Assembly (NCBI GenBank): GCA_001465015.1
Contig: LNEO01000113.1
Coordinates: 736 to 64,735, forward strand
DNA from: Deltaproteobacteria bacterium Ga0077539
GTDB taxonomy: Bacteria > Myxococcota_A > Polyangia > Polyangiales > Ga0077539
Length of the DNA stretch: 64,000 bases
Direction of reading: 5' to 3'
Shown here one piece after another: positions 8,756 to 18,096 of the stretch (the first letter of the stretch is position 1; every line of letters starts with the position of its first letter). Made by a program: the position numbers and the translations under genes. The notes beneath the pieces were generated by a model. It was not told where the DNA came from and did not search any database. It saw nothing but the letters and a program-made list of their open reading frames with translations.

Positions 8756-10030
8756 ATGCGGCTCGTTCTTGCGGTCTCCGCGCTCTCGCTCGCGGTCTTC
8801 GCCCAGCCAATCGCAGTACGCGCTCAGTGTACGCTCGCGTCCCAGCCCACGATCGTCGGTCGCCGCGCTTCGCTCGAAGCGCCGCTCGTGCTCACTGCTC
8901 ACGGCGATCGAACAGCAGTTGGCTGGGTCGTTCCTGCGGACACCGCGGGGCGCTACGATGACTCTGCGTCGGTGGTCCTCGACGCGAGCTCCAGGGTCGC
9001 CTCGACGCTCGACCGTGAGGAGCCCCAGCCCGGCGGCGGGCAGTTCTTGCATCCCATCTTTCGCGTGAGCCCCGTCGTTCGCGCGGGAGCGCTCGCGGTC
9101 AACGTCGATTCTCGCGAGGACGGAGAGCCCGATAACAGCGAGGTCGTTTGCGGCGCCCACCGGTCGCTGCTCACGGAGACCCGCGCGACGCGCGCTGGGT
9201 TGATTGCTAGCTACCACATCGACGCCACGTACCACTGCCGGCTCGTCGCTCCCGAACGGCCGTTCGTCTTCGGCGCGCGCGCCGAACTCGACGCTCGAGG
9301 ACGGATGTCCGGCGTGATCCGGCTGCTCGCTGCAAGCGACGGCGCGAGCGCGATGCAGCCGCTCTCCTGGCAGCTCGCTCTCCGCGGCGATCGCAACGCG
9401 ACGAGCTTCACCGCGCTCGACGTGCTCACGCAGCGCAACGCGCTCGAAGGGCTCAGCGCGGTGCGCGTCGGAGACGTCGGTTGGTTCGTCGTGTTTCGCT
9501 TCGGCGACGCGCTGTACGGCGGTTGGCTCGGCCCGTCGCTCGCCCCGCTCTCGGCGCTCTCGCGGCTCACCGCACCGCCGCTGTTCGTGGGAATTCCGTC
9601 GCTCGCGACCAACGGCCGCGAGGTGCTCATCGTGCACGCCGCGCGCCGCGCCGAGCGCGATCCGTGGACGCTCGTGGCCGAGCGCGTTCAGCCGCGCGCC
9701 GCCCCGTCCGCACCGCAGCCGATCGCAGTCACCGCCCCCCGCGGAGCGCACGTGTTCGCGCCGTCCGTCGCGCCGCTCAGCAGCGGCTGGGCGCTCAGCT
9801 ACACGATCGGGCCGCTTCGGGGCGTCGTGCGCGGTCGCGACAAGCAGCACCTGTGGCTGGCTTCGCTCGACGCGCAGCTCGCGCCGAGATCGGCGCCCGT
9901 GCGAGTCACCGACGCCGCTGGAGGCAGCGACGGGCGCGTGCTCTCGTTTGGCACACGAATTCAAGTCGCCTACATGGGCGGCCAAGACAGCTACCGCTCG
10001 GTTCGCGTCGCGAGCGCGAGCTGCAACTGA
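8756..10030 (+). CDS. Secreted hypothetical protein, 424 aa
   Basis: Signal peptide MRLVLAVSALSLAVFAQPIAVRA; host-like codon usage; beta-rich C-terminal half. Confidence 0.7.
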   Translation: MRLVLAVSALSLAVFAQPIAVRAQCTLASQPTIVGRRASLEAPLVLTAHGDRTAVGWVVPADTAGRYDDSASVVLDASSRVASTLDREEPQPGGGQFLHPIFRVSPVVRAGALAVNVDSREDGEPDNSEVVCGAHRSLLTETRATRAGLIASYHIDATYHCRLVAPERPFVFGARAELDARGRMSGVIRLLAASDGASAMQPLSWQLALRGDRNATSFTALDVLTQRNALEGLSAVRVGDVGWFVVFRFGDALYGGWLGPSLAPLSALSRLTAPPLFVGIPSLATNGREVLIVHAARRAERDPWTLVAERVQPRAAPSAPQPIAVTAPRGAHVFAPSVAPLSSGWALSYTIGPLRGVVRGRDKQHLWLASLDAQLAPRSAPVRVTDAAGGSDGRVLSFGTRIQVAYMGGQDSYRSVRVASASCN

Positions 10031-10228
10031 TCCGCTCGTCGCTCGAAAGGCAGCGCTCCCAACGCAGCGCGCTTCTGTCGCGCGGCGACTCTTTCGTCGC
10101 CCGTCTCCTGTGGTTCGCTCGTGCGCTGGAAGCAGCTCCGCTCGGTGGTGCTCGAGGTGCGCGCGAAGCGCCGCGGACAGCGCTGAGCGCGCGAGGGACG
10201 GCGCCGTCGGGTGCGCGTGCTTATGGGT

Positions 10229-10873
10229 TCACTGAATGTCGTCGACGCGCCAATCGCTGCCCTCGCGAATGAGGATCAGCGATCGCCCGTCGGGCAAGCG
10301 CAGCCCGACCGCCTCTGCCCCTGCCGGACCCCCGCTGGCGGGGCGCACTTCGAGCGACGACGGGTCTTGCAGCGCGTCGAGCAGCATCACGAGCTCGCTC
10401 TGAACCGCGCCACGCGCGCGCGACGAGAGCGCCGCGAGGATGGCGGTCAGGCTCCTTCGCGCGATCGCTTCTCGCAGCGCGCGCGCCGCGTCTTGGGGCG
10501 TCGGCGCTGGACCCGACCCCGTCGCCGATCGACCCATGCGCCAGCCCTCGGCCGCGTCGACCACCGTCGCTGCTCCTCCGGTGCGAGAAGAAAGCGCCAC
10601 CCACGGGTCGCGCCGGCCCTCGAGCGCGCGTCGAACCTCGTTCGAGACCGAGCGGAGCTCCGCGCCTTCGCCCTGAATCCTCGCGCGAAATCGCTCGAAC
10701 GACTCGTCGCGCCGCGCGCTCGCCGGCAGCAGTTGATAGAGCGCCGCCACGTCGTTGCGCTCGACCGCGCGGTGAAAGGCCACCAGCGTCGCGCGCGGAG
10801 AGCCGCGTCCCGCCGCTTGGGCGCAGCCGTTGAGCGCCGCGAGCGCAAAGAGCGCTGTCGTCCACGCTCGCAT
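10229..10873 (-). CDS. Hypothetical lipoprotein with two repeated NTF2-like units
   Basis: Lipobox MRAWTTALFALAALNGC. Internal repeat SPRATLVAFHRAVERNDV...GWRM / TPQDAARALREAIARRSL...DWRVDD. Confidence 0.7.
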   Translation of the reverse strand: MRAWTTALFALAALNGCAQAAGRGSPRATLVAFHRAVERNDVAALYQLLPASARRDESFERFRARIQGEGAELRSVSNEVRRALEGRRDPWVALSSRTGGAATVVDAAEGWRMGRSATGSGPAPTPQDAARALREAIARRSLTAILAALSSRARGAVQSELVMLLDALQDPSSLEVRPASGGPAGAEAVGLRLPDGRSLILIREGSDWRVDDIQ

Positions 10874-11236
10874 GGGGCCCCCGCTACGGCTTCGTCGATG
10901 CATCGAACGGTCGCGACGTTACCTGCCCTCGAACGCGCTGACCATCACTCCCGTGCTCGACGGTCAGTCCGTGCTCCGACCGTTGGCGGGTCCGCTGCGC
11001 GCGGTACCCGCGTCGACCGTGGTCCGCACCCCGCCGTGAAGCGCCGTTCACAACTGGCGACGGTGCGGCAGTTCTCGGGCACCCCCTCGCGCTCGAACCA
11101 CCGCGTGTCGAAACCAAGGAATCCCGCGCCGAGACGCGCTATCGTGGGTCGAACTTCGCGCTGGCACGATTCGTTCATGATCCAGGGTTGCCGCCGGGTG
11201 CTCTCGTTCCTGGCGTCGTTGGAGGCACAGACCGCC

Positions 11237-12286
11237 GTGAACACTGAACTCTTCAATCGCCTTCGCCGCTTCGTGGTCACTCTCGCTCCAATTGTGGCGC
11301 TCGCCGCGATGGCTTCGACGAGCACCGGGTGCGCAAGCGACTCGTATTTCTGTGACGGGACGGCCTGTTACTACTGCGACGGCACGAGCTGCCGCACCGC
11401 CACGCCGCCCACGCCGCGCACCTGTTCGCGCGACGGCGAATGCGCTGCGGGGCAGGTTTGCACCAGCGCCGGCTGCACCACCCGTGGCTGCACCAGCGAT
11501 CGCGAGTGCGGCAACGGTCTGGCGTGCGTGACCGGCGCCGGAGGCGTTCGCTACTGTGCGCGCCCAGGCACAACGCCCACCCCCGTGACGCCGTCGTGCA
11601 GCTCCAACGCGCAGTGCCAGACCAACGAGGTATGCCTCGACGGAACGTGCCGCGTGAGCACCAGCCCTGGCTGCACGCAGGACTCTCAGTGCGGCGCCAA
11701 CCGCGTGTGCGTCTCGGGCCGCTGCACCGATCGCACGAACACCTGCCAGTTCGACAACCAGTGCGGAGCTGGGCGCGTCTGCGTCAACAGCGAGTGCCGC
11801 GACGGTTGCGGCGCTGGCGGGATGTGCCCTGCCGGACAAGAGTGCGCGACGGTCGGCTCGGTGATGTTCTGCCGCGATCGCGCTGCGAGCGGCTGCACCT
11901 CGAGCGCGCAGTGCGCGGCGAACGAGTCGTGCCTCAGCGGCCGCTGCCTCCCGCGCTGCACGCCGGGACCGACGTCGTCCTGCGGGGCGGGTCTGTTCTG
12001 CAGCGATGACGGCGTGTGCGTTCCCGATACGCGACCGCGTCCCTTGTGCGACGCGAGCCGTCCTTGCGCGGCTGGATCCGAGTGCGTCGGCGGCATCTGC
12101 CGCGTGGCGTGCACGACCAGCGCGATGTGCCAGGCCGTCGCCGTGACCTACCGCAACTGCGGCGCCATCCCGTACATCCAGGGCTCGAGCAACTACTGCC
12201 TCACTGACAGCGAGGCTCGCCCGACGTGCTCGCGTCAGGCCGACTGCTCGGCGGGGCAGGTGTGCTCCGACGGCAACTGCCGCTAG
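11237..12286 (+). CDS. Cysteine-rich repeat lipoprotein (C-x4-C-x5-C-x4-C units)
   Basis: GGAGG at 11221 then GTG at 11237. Hydrophobic stretch ending STGC, followed by tandem units such as CTQDSQCGANRVCVSGRC. The longer ORF-track extension overlaps the antisense gene. Confidence 0.85.
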   Translation: MNTELFNRLRRFVVTLAPIVALAAMASTSTGCASDSYFCDGTACYYCDGTSCRTATPPTPRTCSRDGECAAGQVCTSAGCTTRGCTSDRECGNGLACVTGAGGVRYCARPGTTPTPVTPSCSSNAQCQTNEVCLDGTCRVSTSPGCTQDSQCGANRVCVSGRCTDRTNTCQFDNQCGAGRVCVNSECRDGCGAGGMCPAGQECATVGSVMFCRDRAASGCTSSAQCAANESCLSGRCLPRCTPGPTSSCGAGLFCSDDGVCVPDTRPRPLCDASRPCAAGSECVGGICRVACTTSAMCQAVAVTYRNCGAIPYIQGSSNYCLTDSEARPTCSRQADCSAGQVCSDGNCR

Positions 12287-12479
12287 CTCGAGCTCCGCGC
12301 TTCTCGCGCGATTTGCCGGACAGAGTCGCAGGTCTTGCCGAGGGGACAACGGGGGAACAAACGGGGGGATTGAATTCAGCGGACGCTGTGGACTTCGCGG
12401 CCGCTGACCGTAGTAGTCTCCGCCGCCTCGATCGGCGCCCTGAGTAGGTTTCGCGCGCCACGAGCGGACAAAACAGAAC

Positions 12480-14483
12480 ATGAGCAAGGCAGATCCCTCC
12501 CTCGTTCGACGAGCCCTCGACGCGGCCCGCCAGCAGCGCAGCCAGATCGTTCGTGGCGCTCCACTCCCCATCGACACGGCGCACGTCGTCGGCGCTTGCG
12601 TGAGCTGCGGCCGCATCGCCGCCACCGTGCTCGGGTTTCCTGACTCGCCGTACGCGGGACAGCCAGGACAGCCCAGGTTTCGCACCGCGCGCGAGCTCGA
12701 GCGCTTCTTGAAGGAGCTGACCGTCAAGCCGCCGCAGATGCCGATGCAGACCGATCGCGACGACGGACGCACGTGCGTCTGCGGCGCGCCCGCGGACCCT
12801 CGCGAAGTGCAAGGTCTTCGGTTCATCCACGCGATGCCTGGCTCGGGCGCAGAGATCATCGTCGAGGGCGTTCGCGGAGGCGGGTCGTTGCTCGTGTCCT
12901 CGTCGGGCGATCCGCTCGGCGGCTCGGGCGGCGAGTTCACGTGGAAGGTGCTTCGCGCGCCGAGCGACGGCGCCGAGTCCGACGTGTCCGACGCGTTCGA
13001 CGACAACGCGATCAAGAAGTCCTTCGGCCGCGGGCTCACGCTCGCGTCGCTGTGGCTCGAGCTGCTCGCCGCCGCCAAGGACGGCAAAGAGACGCTCGAA
13101 AAAGTGGAGCCCGGATACTGGATCTACGCCGGCCCGAAGACCGACGCGGGCCTGCAGGCGAAGCTCGACGCGCTGTCCAAGGACAACGCAGAGGTGCTCG
13201 CTCGTGACCTCGTGAAGCTCGGCGAGAAGGACCCGCTCCCGGCGGGACCGCACTGGGGCTTCTGGGCGTACGAGCACGCCGAGGCGATTCAGAAGGGCGA
13301 GCTCCGCGCGGGCGTCGTGATCGATCAATCGATCGTTCGCAAGTCGCTCGTCGATCGCTTGACGGCGCTCAACGTCGGCGTGCGCGAGCAAAACGACGGC
13401 AAGATCCTGCAAGCGTTCTTCATGCCGACGCCCGACTGGAAGGGCGACGTCGCAGGCTGGCCCATCGAGGTCCTCATCGTTTCGCTCGGCGCCGGACACC
13501 TCGGATGGACGATGGCCGAGACCGTCGGCGCGGCCGTCGGCGAGGCCGGCGGACGCGCGGGAGCGCTCGCGGACTTCTTCATGGTCGCCAAGCAAGTGCG
13601 CCCCGAAATCGAATGGAAGTTCGAGGGAATGCGCGCGGTTCCGGTGCGAAAGAACGGGACGAACGGTCGCCCTGTGGACCTGCTCAACGCGCCGTTTCGC
13701 TTCGACCCACGAAATCAACAAGCGCTGCCGCTGCTCGAGCGCGAGATCAAGTTCTCGACCGACGAGCTGCCCAAGGGCCAGGACCCGACGCGGCACTGCC
13801 CGTGCGGCGCCAAGGCCTTCGTCGCTGCGCGGCTCTTTCCGTGGAACGTCGTCGACGGCTTCAACAAGGCCACCGGCGGCAAGAACCCCTTCGTGATCGA
13901 GACGTACACCGGCGCGGACAACAAGCCGCGCGCGGCGCTGCTCGCGGTCGTCTCCGACGACATGCACGTGCAGATCCTCGGCGAAGAAGAGTTCAAGTCG
14001 CACCACGTCAACGACGAGACGATCGGCAAGCGCCTCGCGCAAGACCTCCACAACTCGCTCTTCGCCGTGGACGTCTCGCTCCACGAAGACAAAGACAAGA
14101 AGCGCGCGCTGCTCGCGTACGGCCCGCTCGTGGCGTCGGTGGCCATCAACGATCATTTGATCGCGGCCCTCCACGAAGCCTGCGGAAAGCCGCTGCGCGG
14201 CGACGCCGTCAGCGCCCAGGCGACCACGCCCAACTCGATCGTCCTCTACGAGACCGGCTTCGACGAAGACCAGCTCGACAAGGTCCTCGAGATGGCGCAG
14301 CAGGCCGACGGAATCCCCCCGGACATGGCGACGCCCTTCTCGCTCGAGTGGGACGACGTCACGCTCACCGCGCAGCCCGTGGGCAAATTCACGAACCTCA
14401 CGCCCAACCCGCAGGACCAGCAGCAGCAGCAGCAAGGCGCGCCGCCCGCTGGCGCAGGCCGGGCGCCGCCCCGCGCTCGCTGA
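12480..14483 (+). CDS. Hypothetical cytoplasmic protein, 667 aa, with Cys pairs (CVSC, CVCG, CPCG)
   Basis: Long ORF with strong GC3 codon bias and Lys/Asp/Glu-rich composition; no family recognised; poly-Gln near the C-terminus. Confidence 0.85.
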   Translation: MSKADPSLVRRALDAARQQRSQIVRGAPLPIDTAHVVGACVSCGRIAATVLGFPDSPYAGQPGQPRFRTARELERFLKELTVKPPQMPMQTDRDDGRTCVCGAPADPREVQGLRFIHAMPGSGAEIIVEGVRGGGSLLVSSSGDPLGGSGGEFTWKVLRAPSDGAESDVSDAFDDNAIKKSFGRGLTLASLWLELLAAAKDGKETLEKVEPGYWIYAGPKTDAGLQAKLDALSKDNAEVLARDLVKLGEKDPLPAGPHWGFWAYEHAEAIQKGELRAGVVIDQSIVRKSLVDRLTALNVGVREQNDGKILQAFFMPTPDWKGDVAGWPIEVLIVSLGAGHLGWTMAETVGAAVGEAGGRAGALADFFMVAKQVRPEIEWKFEGMRAVPVRKNGTNGRPVDLLNAPFRFDPRNQQALPLLEREIKFSTDELPKGQDPTRHCPCGAKAFVAARLFPWNVVDGFNKATGGKNPFVIETYTGADNKPRAALLAVVSDDMHVQILGEEEFKSHHVNDETIGKRLAQDLHNSLFAVDVSLHEDKDKKRALLAYGPLVASVAINDHLIAALHEACGKPLRGDAVSAQATTPNSIVLYETGFDEDQLDKVLEMAQQADGIPPDMATPFSLEWDDVTLTAQPVGKFTNLTPNPQDQQQQQQGAPPAGAGRAPPRAR

Positions 14484-14640
14484 GCTCGGCGCACGCCGCA
14501 AAGGGCGACCGCGCGAGTCTGGCCGAGATTACAGACGCTTACAGCATGGACCGTGACCACGTTGTCCGCTGAGCGCGCGCTCCGCTGAAGCGTCTTCGGG
14601 CGATTGAGCTTCTGCCAGAATTTGGCTACGCTCCAAAGCT

Positions 14641-16311
14641 ATGTCCGAGGCTGCTTCCGAGGCTGCTCCCGAAGAGACGAACGTCGGTGAAGACGTTCTT
14701 CCGGTCGGTTCGAAGTTTGGCCGCTACACGATCGTCAGGTTGATCGGGATGGGCGGCATGGGCGCGGTCTACGAGGCCACGCACGCGGAGCTGAAGAAGC
14801 GCGTCGCGCTCAAGACGCTGCATCCTTCGTTCTCGAAAAATCCTGAGATTCGTCAGCGATTTCTTCGAGAAGGCGAGCTGGCTTCGCGCATCCATCACCC
14901 CAACGTCGTCGACGTCACGGACTTCGGAACGCAGGACGACGTCTCGTTTCTCGTCATGGAGTTTCTCGAAGGCATGAGCCTCGAGGAGCGCATCGAGAAA
15001 GAGGGCCGCCTCGAGCCTTCGATCGCCGCCGACGTGATGCTCGGCGCGTGCGCTGGCGTCTCGGCCGCGCACGACGAGGGCGTGATCCACCGCGACCTCA
15101 AGCCCGCGAACATCTTTTTGCTCCGCCAGCGCGGCGGCGAATACCGCGTCAAGATCGTCGACTTCGGCATCTCGAAGGCGTCCGAGCGCTCGCTCGAAGG
15201 CAACCTCACCTCGACCGGGCACGTCGTCGGTACGCCGTACTACATGGCGCCCGAGCAGATGCGCAGCTCGCGCGAGGTCGACGCGCGCGCCGATCAGTAC
15301 TCGCTCGGCGTGACGTTCTACGAGGCGCTTTGCGGGCGTAAGCCGTTCGAGGCCGACAGCCTGTTCGAGGTCGTTCGCAAGGTCGCCCAGGGCGACTACG
15401 CGCTGCCTCGCGACGTGGTGCCGGAGATCCCCGAGGGACTCGAGGCGATCGTCTTGAAGATGATCGCCGTCGACGCGGCGTCGCGCTTCGACACCCTGCG
15501 AGATTGCGGGCGCGCAGTCATGCCGTTCGCGACCGAGCGCGGTCGCGTGCTGTTCTCCACGGAGTTCGGCGACGGGCCAGCGCCAGAGGTCGTCGCGCCG
15601 CCGCGGCCGGACTCGACGATGGGCGTTCGCGCGCTGACCGCTGAAAAGGCGACCGTGGTCGCGCGCGGACCGAGGACGGATCCCGGTCAAGTGACAGGGA
15701 CCGGGCAGATCTTCGAGGTATCGACGGTCCCCGCTGCGCCGGCGAAGAAGCAGTCCAAGGTCCTTCCGCTCATCGGCGTCGGCGTGGCGCTCTCGATCGG
15801 CGTCGCGTTCTGGGCCGGCAAACAGCGCGAAAGCGTCGGAGCTCCAGCCAACACTCCGCGCAGCGTCAACGGGCAGAGCACCACGCCGACGCCCCTGCCC
15901 GAGTACTCCGTGTCGATCACCGCAGTGCCCTCGGATGCGTGGATCGTCGTGGACAACCAGTTCACCGTCCCCGGCGAGTTCACGCACTCGTTCGCGCGCG
16001 ATCGTCGCCCGCATCGAGTGATGGTGCGCGCCCCGGGCTTTCTGTCGCAGACCTTCGAGTTCGATGGGCCCATCGTTCGTCGAGTGACGCTCGAGCGAGA
16101 TCCCGCCGCGGTCGCGCCGATCCTTCCTGGGACCGTCGCGGACGCGGGTGCGACCGCGTTGACCCACAATGTTGGTCGCCCGAACGGTCGGCCGAACGGC
16201 ACGGCTCGACCCAACAATTCAACGGCGACTTCGACCGGAACTCGCCCCAACGGGCCCGCGACTGGCAGCCCGAACAACGCCGGCACCAACGGCGCGCTCA
16301 TCATCAACTGA
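14641..16311 (+). CDS. Hanks-type Ser/Thr protein kinase with one TM helix and a C-terminal PEGA-like domain
   Basis: GMGGMGAVY, VALK, HRDLKPANIF, DFGISK, GTPYYMAPEQ, DQYSLGV; TM VLPLIGVGVALSIGVAFW; VSITAVPSDAWIVVD...HRVMVRAPGF. Confidence 0.95.
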   Translation: MSEAASEAAPEETNVGEDVLPVGSKFGRYTIVRLIGMGGMGAVYEATHAELKKRVALKTLHPSFSKNPEIRQRFLREGELASRIHHPNVVDVTDFGTQDDVSFLVMEFLEGMSLEERIEKEGRLEPSIAADVMLGACAGVSAAHDEGVIHRDLKPANIFLLRQRGGEYRVKIVDFGISKASERSLEGNLTSTGHVVGTPYYMAPEQMRSSREVDARADQYSLGVTFYEALCGRKPFEADSLFEVVRKVAQGDYALPRDVVPEIPEGLEAIVLKMIAVDAASRFDTLRDCGRAVMPFATERGRVLFSTEFGDGPAPEVVAPPRPDSTMGVRALTAEKATVVARGPRTDPGQVTGTGQIFEVSTVPAAPAKKQSKVLPLIGVGVALSIGVAFWAGKQRESVGAPANTPRSVNGQSTTPTPLPEYSVSITAVPSDAWIVVDNQFTVPGEFTHSFARDRRPHRVMVRAPGFLSQTFEFDGPIVRRVTLERDPAAVAPILPGTVADAGATALTHNVGRPNGRPNGTARPNNSTATSTGTRPNGPATGSPNNAGTNGALIIN

Positions 16312-16317
16312 GCGCCT

Positions 16318-16335
16318 GGCGCGGGGGGCCGCGCC
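16318..16335. terminator. GC hairpin between convergent genes (possible terminator)
   Basis: GGCGCGG-GGGG-CCGCGCC just after the kinase stop; no U-tract. Confidence 0.3.
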
Positions 16336-16363
16336 GAGAGACGCTTCGTCGAGCGTTGCGCTC

Positions 16364-18085
16364 TCAGCGCACGATCACAACAGCGATCGTCCGGAGCTCG
16401 AGCGGGGACGGCACCGTGCAGCTCGCGCCCGGCGCGTGGTTCCATCGGATCGCGTAGCGCCCGGGCGCCATCGGCGCGTTGAAGCCGAGCGACGGCACGG
16501 TCGCTGCGCGAAACGTCTCGTTACGAACGTCGTTGACCCAGTGGCAAAGCAGCTGCGCTCGGGTCGGCGTCTCGAGAAAGACGAGGATCTGGCGGTTGCC
16601 CACGCCGATCGGCGTGAATTGACGCAGCCTGAACCCCAGCTCGACGCGCGCGCCTGGGTCGACGACGATCACGGCGCCCGCCGTCACGGCGCCGCTCGTG
16701 AGCGTCAGCTCGTCCATCGCGGTGACGTCGTATGGGCTCACCGAACGGTTTTCAACTCGAACGATGTTCTGCAGCACGGGGTCGAAGCACACCGTTCGCT
16801 GGTGCGTCTCGAGCTCGCGCCCGAGCGGCGCGCCGTAGTCCGCGTACCACCGAACGCGCGTGCAGTCAGGCATTCCCCCGCTGTTGATACCGACGTTGTT
16901 CAACACCACAAAGCGCCCCGTACCGGCACGAGTGTTCATCGCGCCCGGCGACGGGTTGCTGCCGTCGAGCGTGTAGTAGAAGGTCGCGGTTTGCGGAGCG
17001 CTCAACCGTAGGTTTACTGGGGCCGCGACGGAGAACGCTCGATCGTCGATCGCCGTCGCCAGGTAGCTCGCAGGCGGGGGCGCGTAGGCGCAGGTCCCCG
17101 AGATGCATTGCTCGAAGGCGCCGCAGCGTGTTCCTGCGTTGGCTCCGAGACAGTCTCCGCGAGCCCCGCAGTTGAGCGCGTTGGACTGCGGATCGACACA
17201 CGAGTCGCCGCACCGAATCGTGCCAGTCGCGCAGCCGCCCGCCCTGCACACACGATTGACGCAGACCTCGCCGGTCATGCAAGCGCGTCCGACGTTGGGG
17301 CCCATGCAGTTGCCGCTCGCGCCGCAGAACATTCGGCTCGACAGCGGATCGACGCAGCTGCCGCCGCAGTCGATGGTGCCCATGGGGCAGACGCCGAGAC
17401 ACGCCCCGCCCGAGCACACCTGCGCTCCCGTGCACATCGAGCCTGCGTTGGGGCCCATGCAGTTGCCGCTCGCGCCGCAGAACTGGGGGTTGTTCGACGG
17501 GTCGACGCAGCGCCCGCCGCAGAAGATGCTGCCGCTCGCGCAGTTGGTCGTGCATGTCCCGTTGACGCAGCTCTGGCCGGTCATGCAGGGGGTGAAGGTC
17601 GTGCAACTGTCGTTGGCGTTGCAGAACTCGGGGTTGGAGGTCGGATCGATGCAGGCGGTTCCGCAGCGAACGGTGCCCGGAGAGCAGCGGAGGTTGCAGC
17701 TGCCCGCGACGCAATCGGTGCCGAGGCCGCAGCTGTTGTCGCAGCGACCGCAGTGGTTCGTGCTCGTCGCCGTGTTGACGCACTCGGCTCCGCAGACTTG
17801 AAAACTGGCGCCTGCGTCAGGCGGGCACAGAACGACGTCCGAGCTGCCGCCCTCTGCGTTGGCGTCTCCGACGTCGAGCGAGCCGTCGGGCATCGTCCTG
17901 TCGACGGTCACGTCTGCGCCCGTATCCGATTGCGCGTCGAGCGCGCCGGTGTCGACGACGGTCGCGTCGAACTGCCCGACGTCGTCTCGCGAGCCATCGT
18001 TGGGAAAAGCGCAAGCCTCGAGCGCAGCAGCGATCGAGATCGCGCACATGAATTCGAGTCGTCCTCTGCCTTTGGGGGTCATCAT
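16364..18085 (-). CDS. Cys-rich repeat lipoprotein (MXAN_6577-like repeats) with C-terminal Fn3-associated/Ig-like domains
   Basis: GAGGAG RBS, lipobox ALEAC, Asp-rich linker, ~51-aa repeats CGG.CVDP....FCGASGNC...NAG..C, then ATFYYTLDGSNP and APMAPGRYAIRW. Confidence 0.85.
   Translation of the reverse strand: MMTPKGRGRLEFMCAISIAAALEACAFPNDGSRDDVGQFDATVVDTGALDAQSDTGADVTVDRTMPDGSLDVGDANAEGGSSDVVLCPPDAGASFQVCGAECVNTATSTNHCGRCDNSCGLGTDCVAGSCNLRCSPGTVRCGTACIDPTSNPEFCNANDSCTTFTPCMTGQSCVNGTCTTNCASGSIFCGGRCVDPSNNPQFCGASGNCMGPNAGSMCTGAQVCSGGACLGVCPMGTIDCGGSCVDPLSSRMFCGASGNCMGPNVGRACMTGEVCVNRVCRAGGCATGTIRCGDSCVDPQSNALNCGARGDCLGANAGTRCGAFEQCISGTCAYAPPPASYLATAIDDRAFSVAAPVNLRLSAPQTATFYYTLDGSNPSPGAMNTRAGTGRFVVLNNVGINSGGMPDCTRVRWYADYGAPLGRELETHQRTVCFDPVLQNIVRVENRSVSPYDVTAMDELTLTSGAVTAGAVIVVDPGARVELGFRLRQFTPIGVGNRQILVFLETPTRAQLLCHWVNDVRNETFRAATVPSLGFNAPMAPGRYAIRWNHAPGASCTVPSPLELRTIAVVIVR
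17293..17483. repeat. Exact 38-bp direct repeat (17293-17330, 17446-17483), 153-nt period
   Basis: CGTTGGGGCCCATGCAGTTGCCGCTCGCGCCGCAGAAC occurs twice, encoding FCGASGNCMGPN. Confidence 0.85.
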
Positions 18086-18096
18086 GGCGCTGCTCC

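Noticed and set aside
11162-11177. Sigma-54-like TGGCACG upstream of the Cys-rich lipoprotein
   Set aside because: The -12 position reads TC rather than GC; too weak to call.
14418-14435. CAG run encoding poly-Gln
   Set aside because: Short, in frame, in a disordered tail; no phase-variation consequence.
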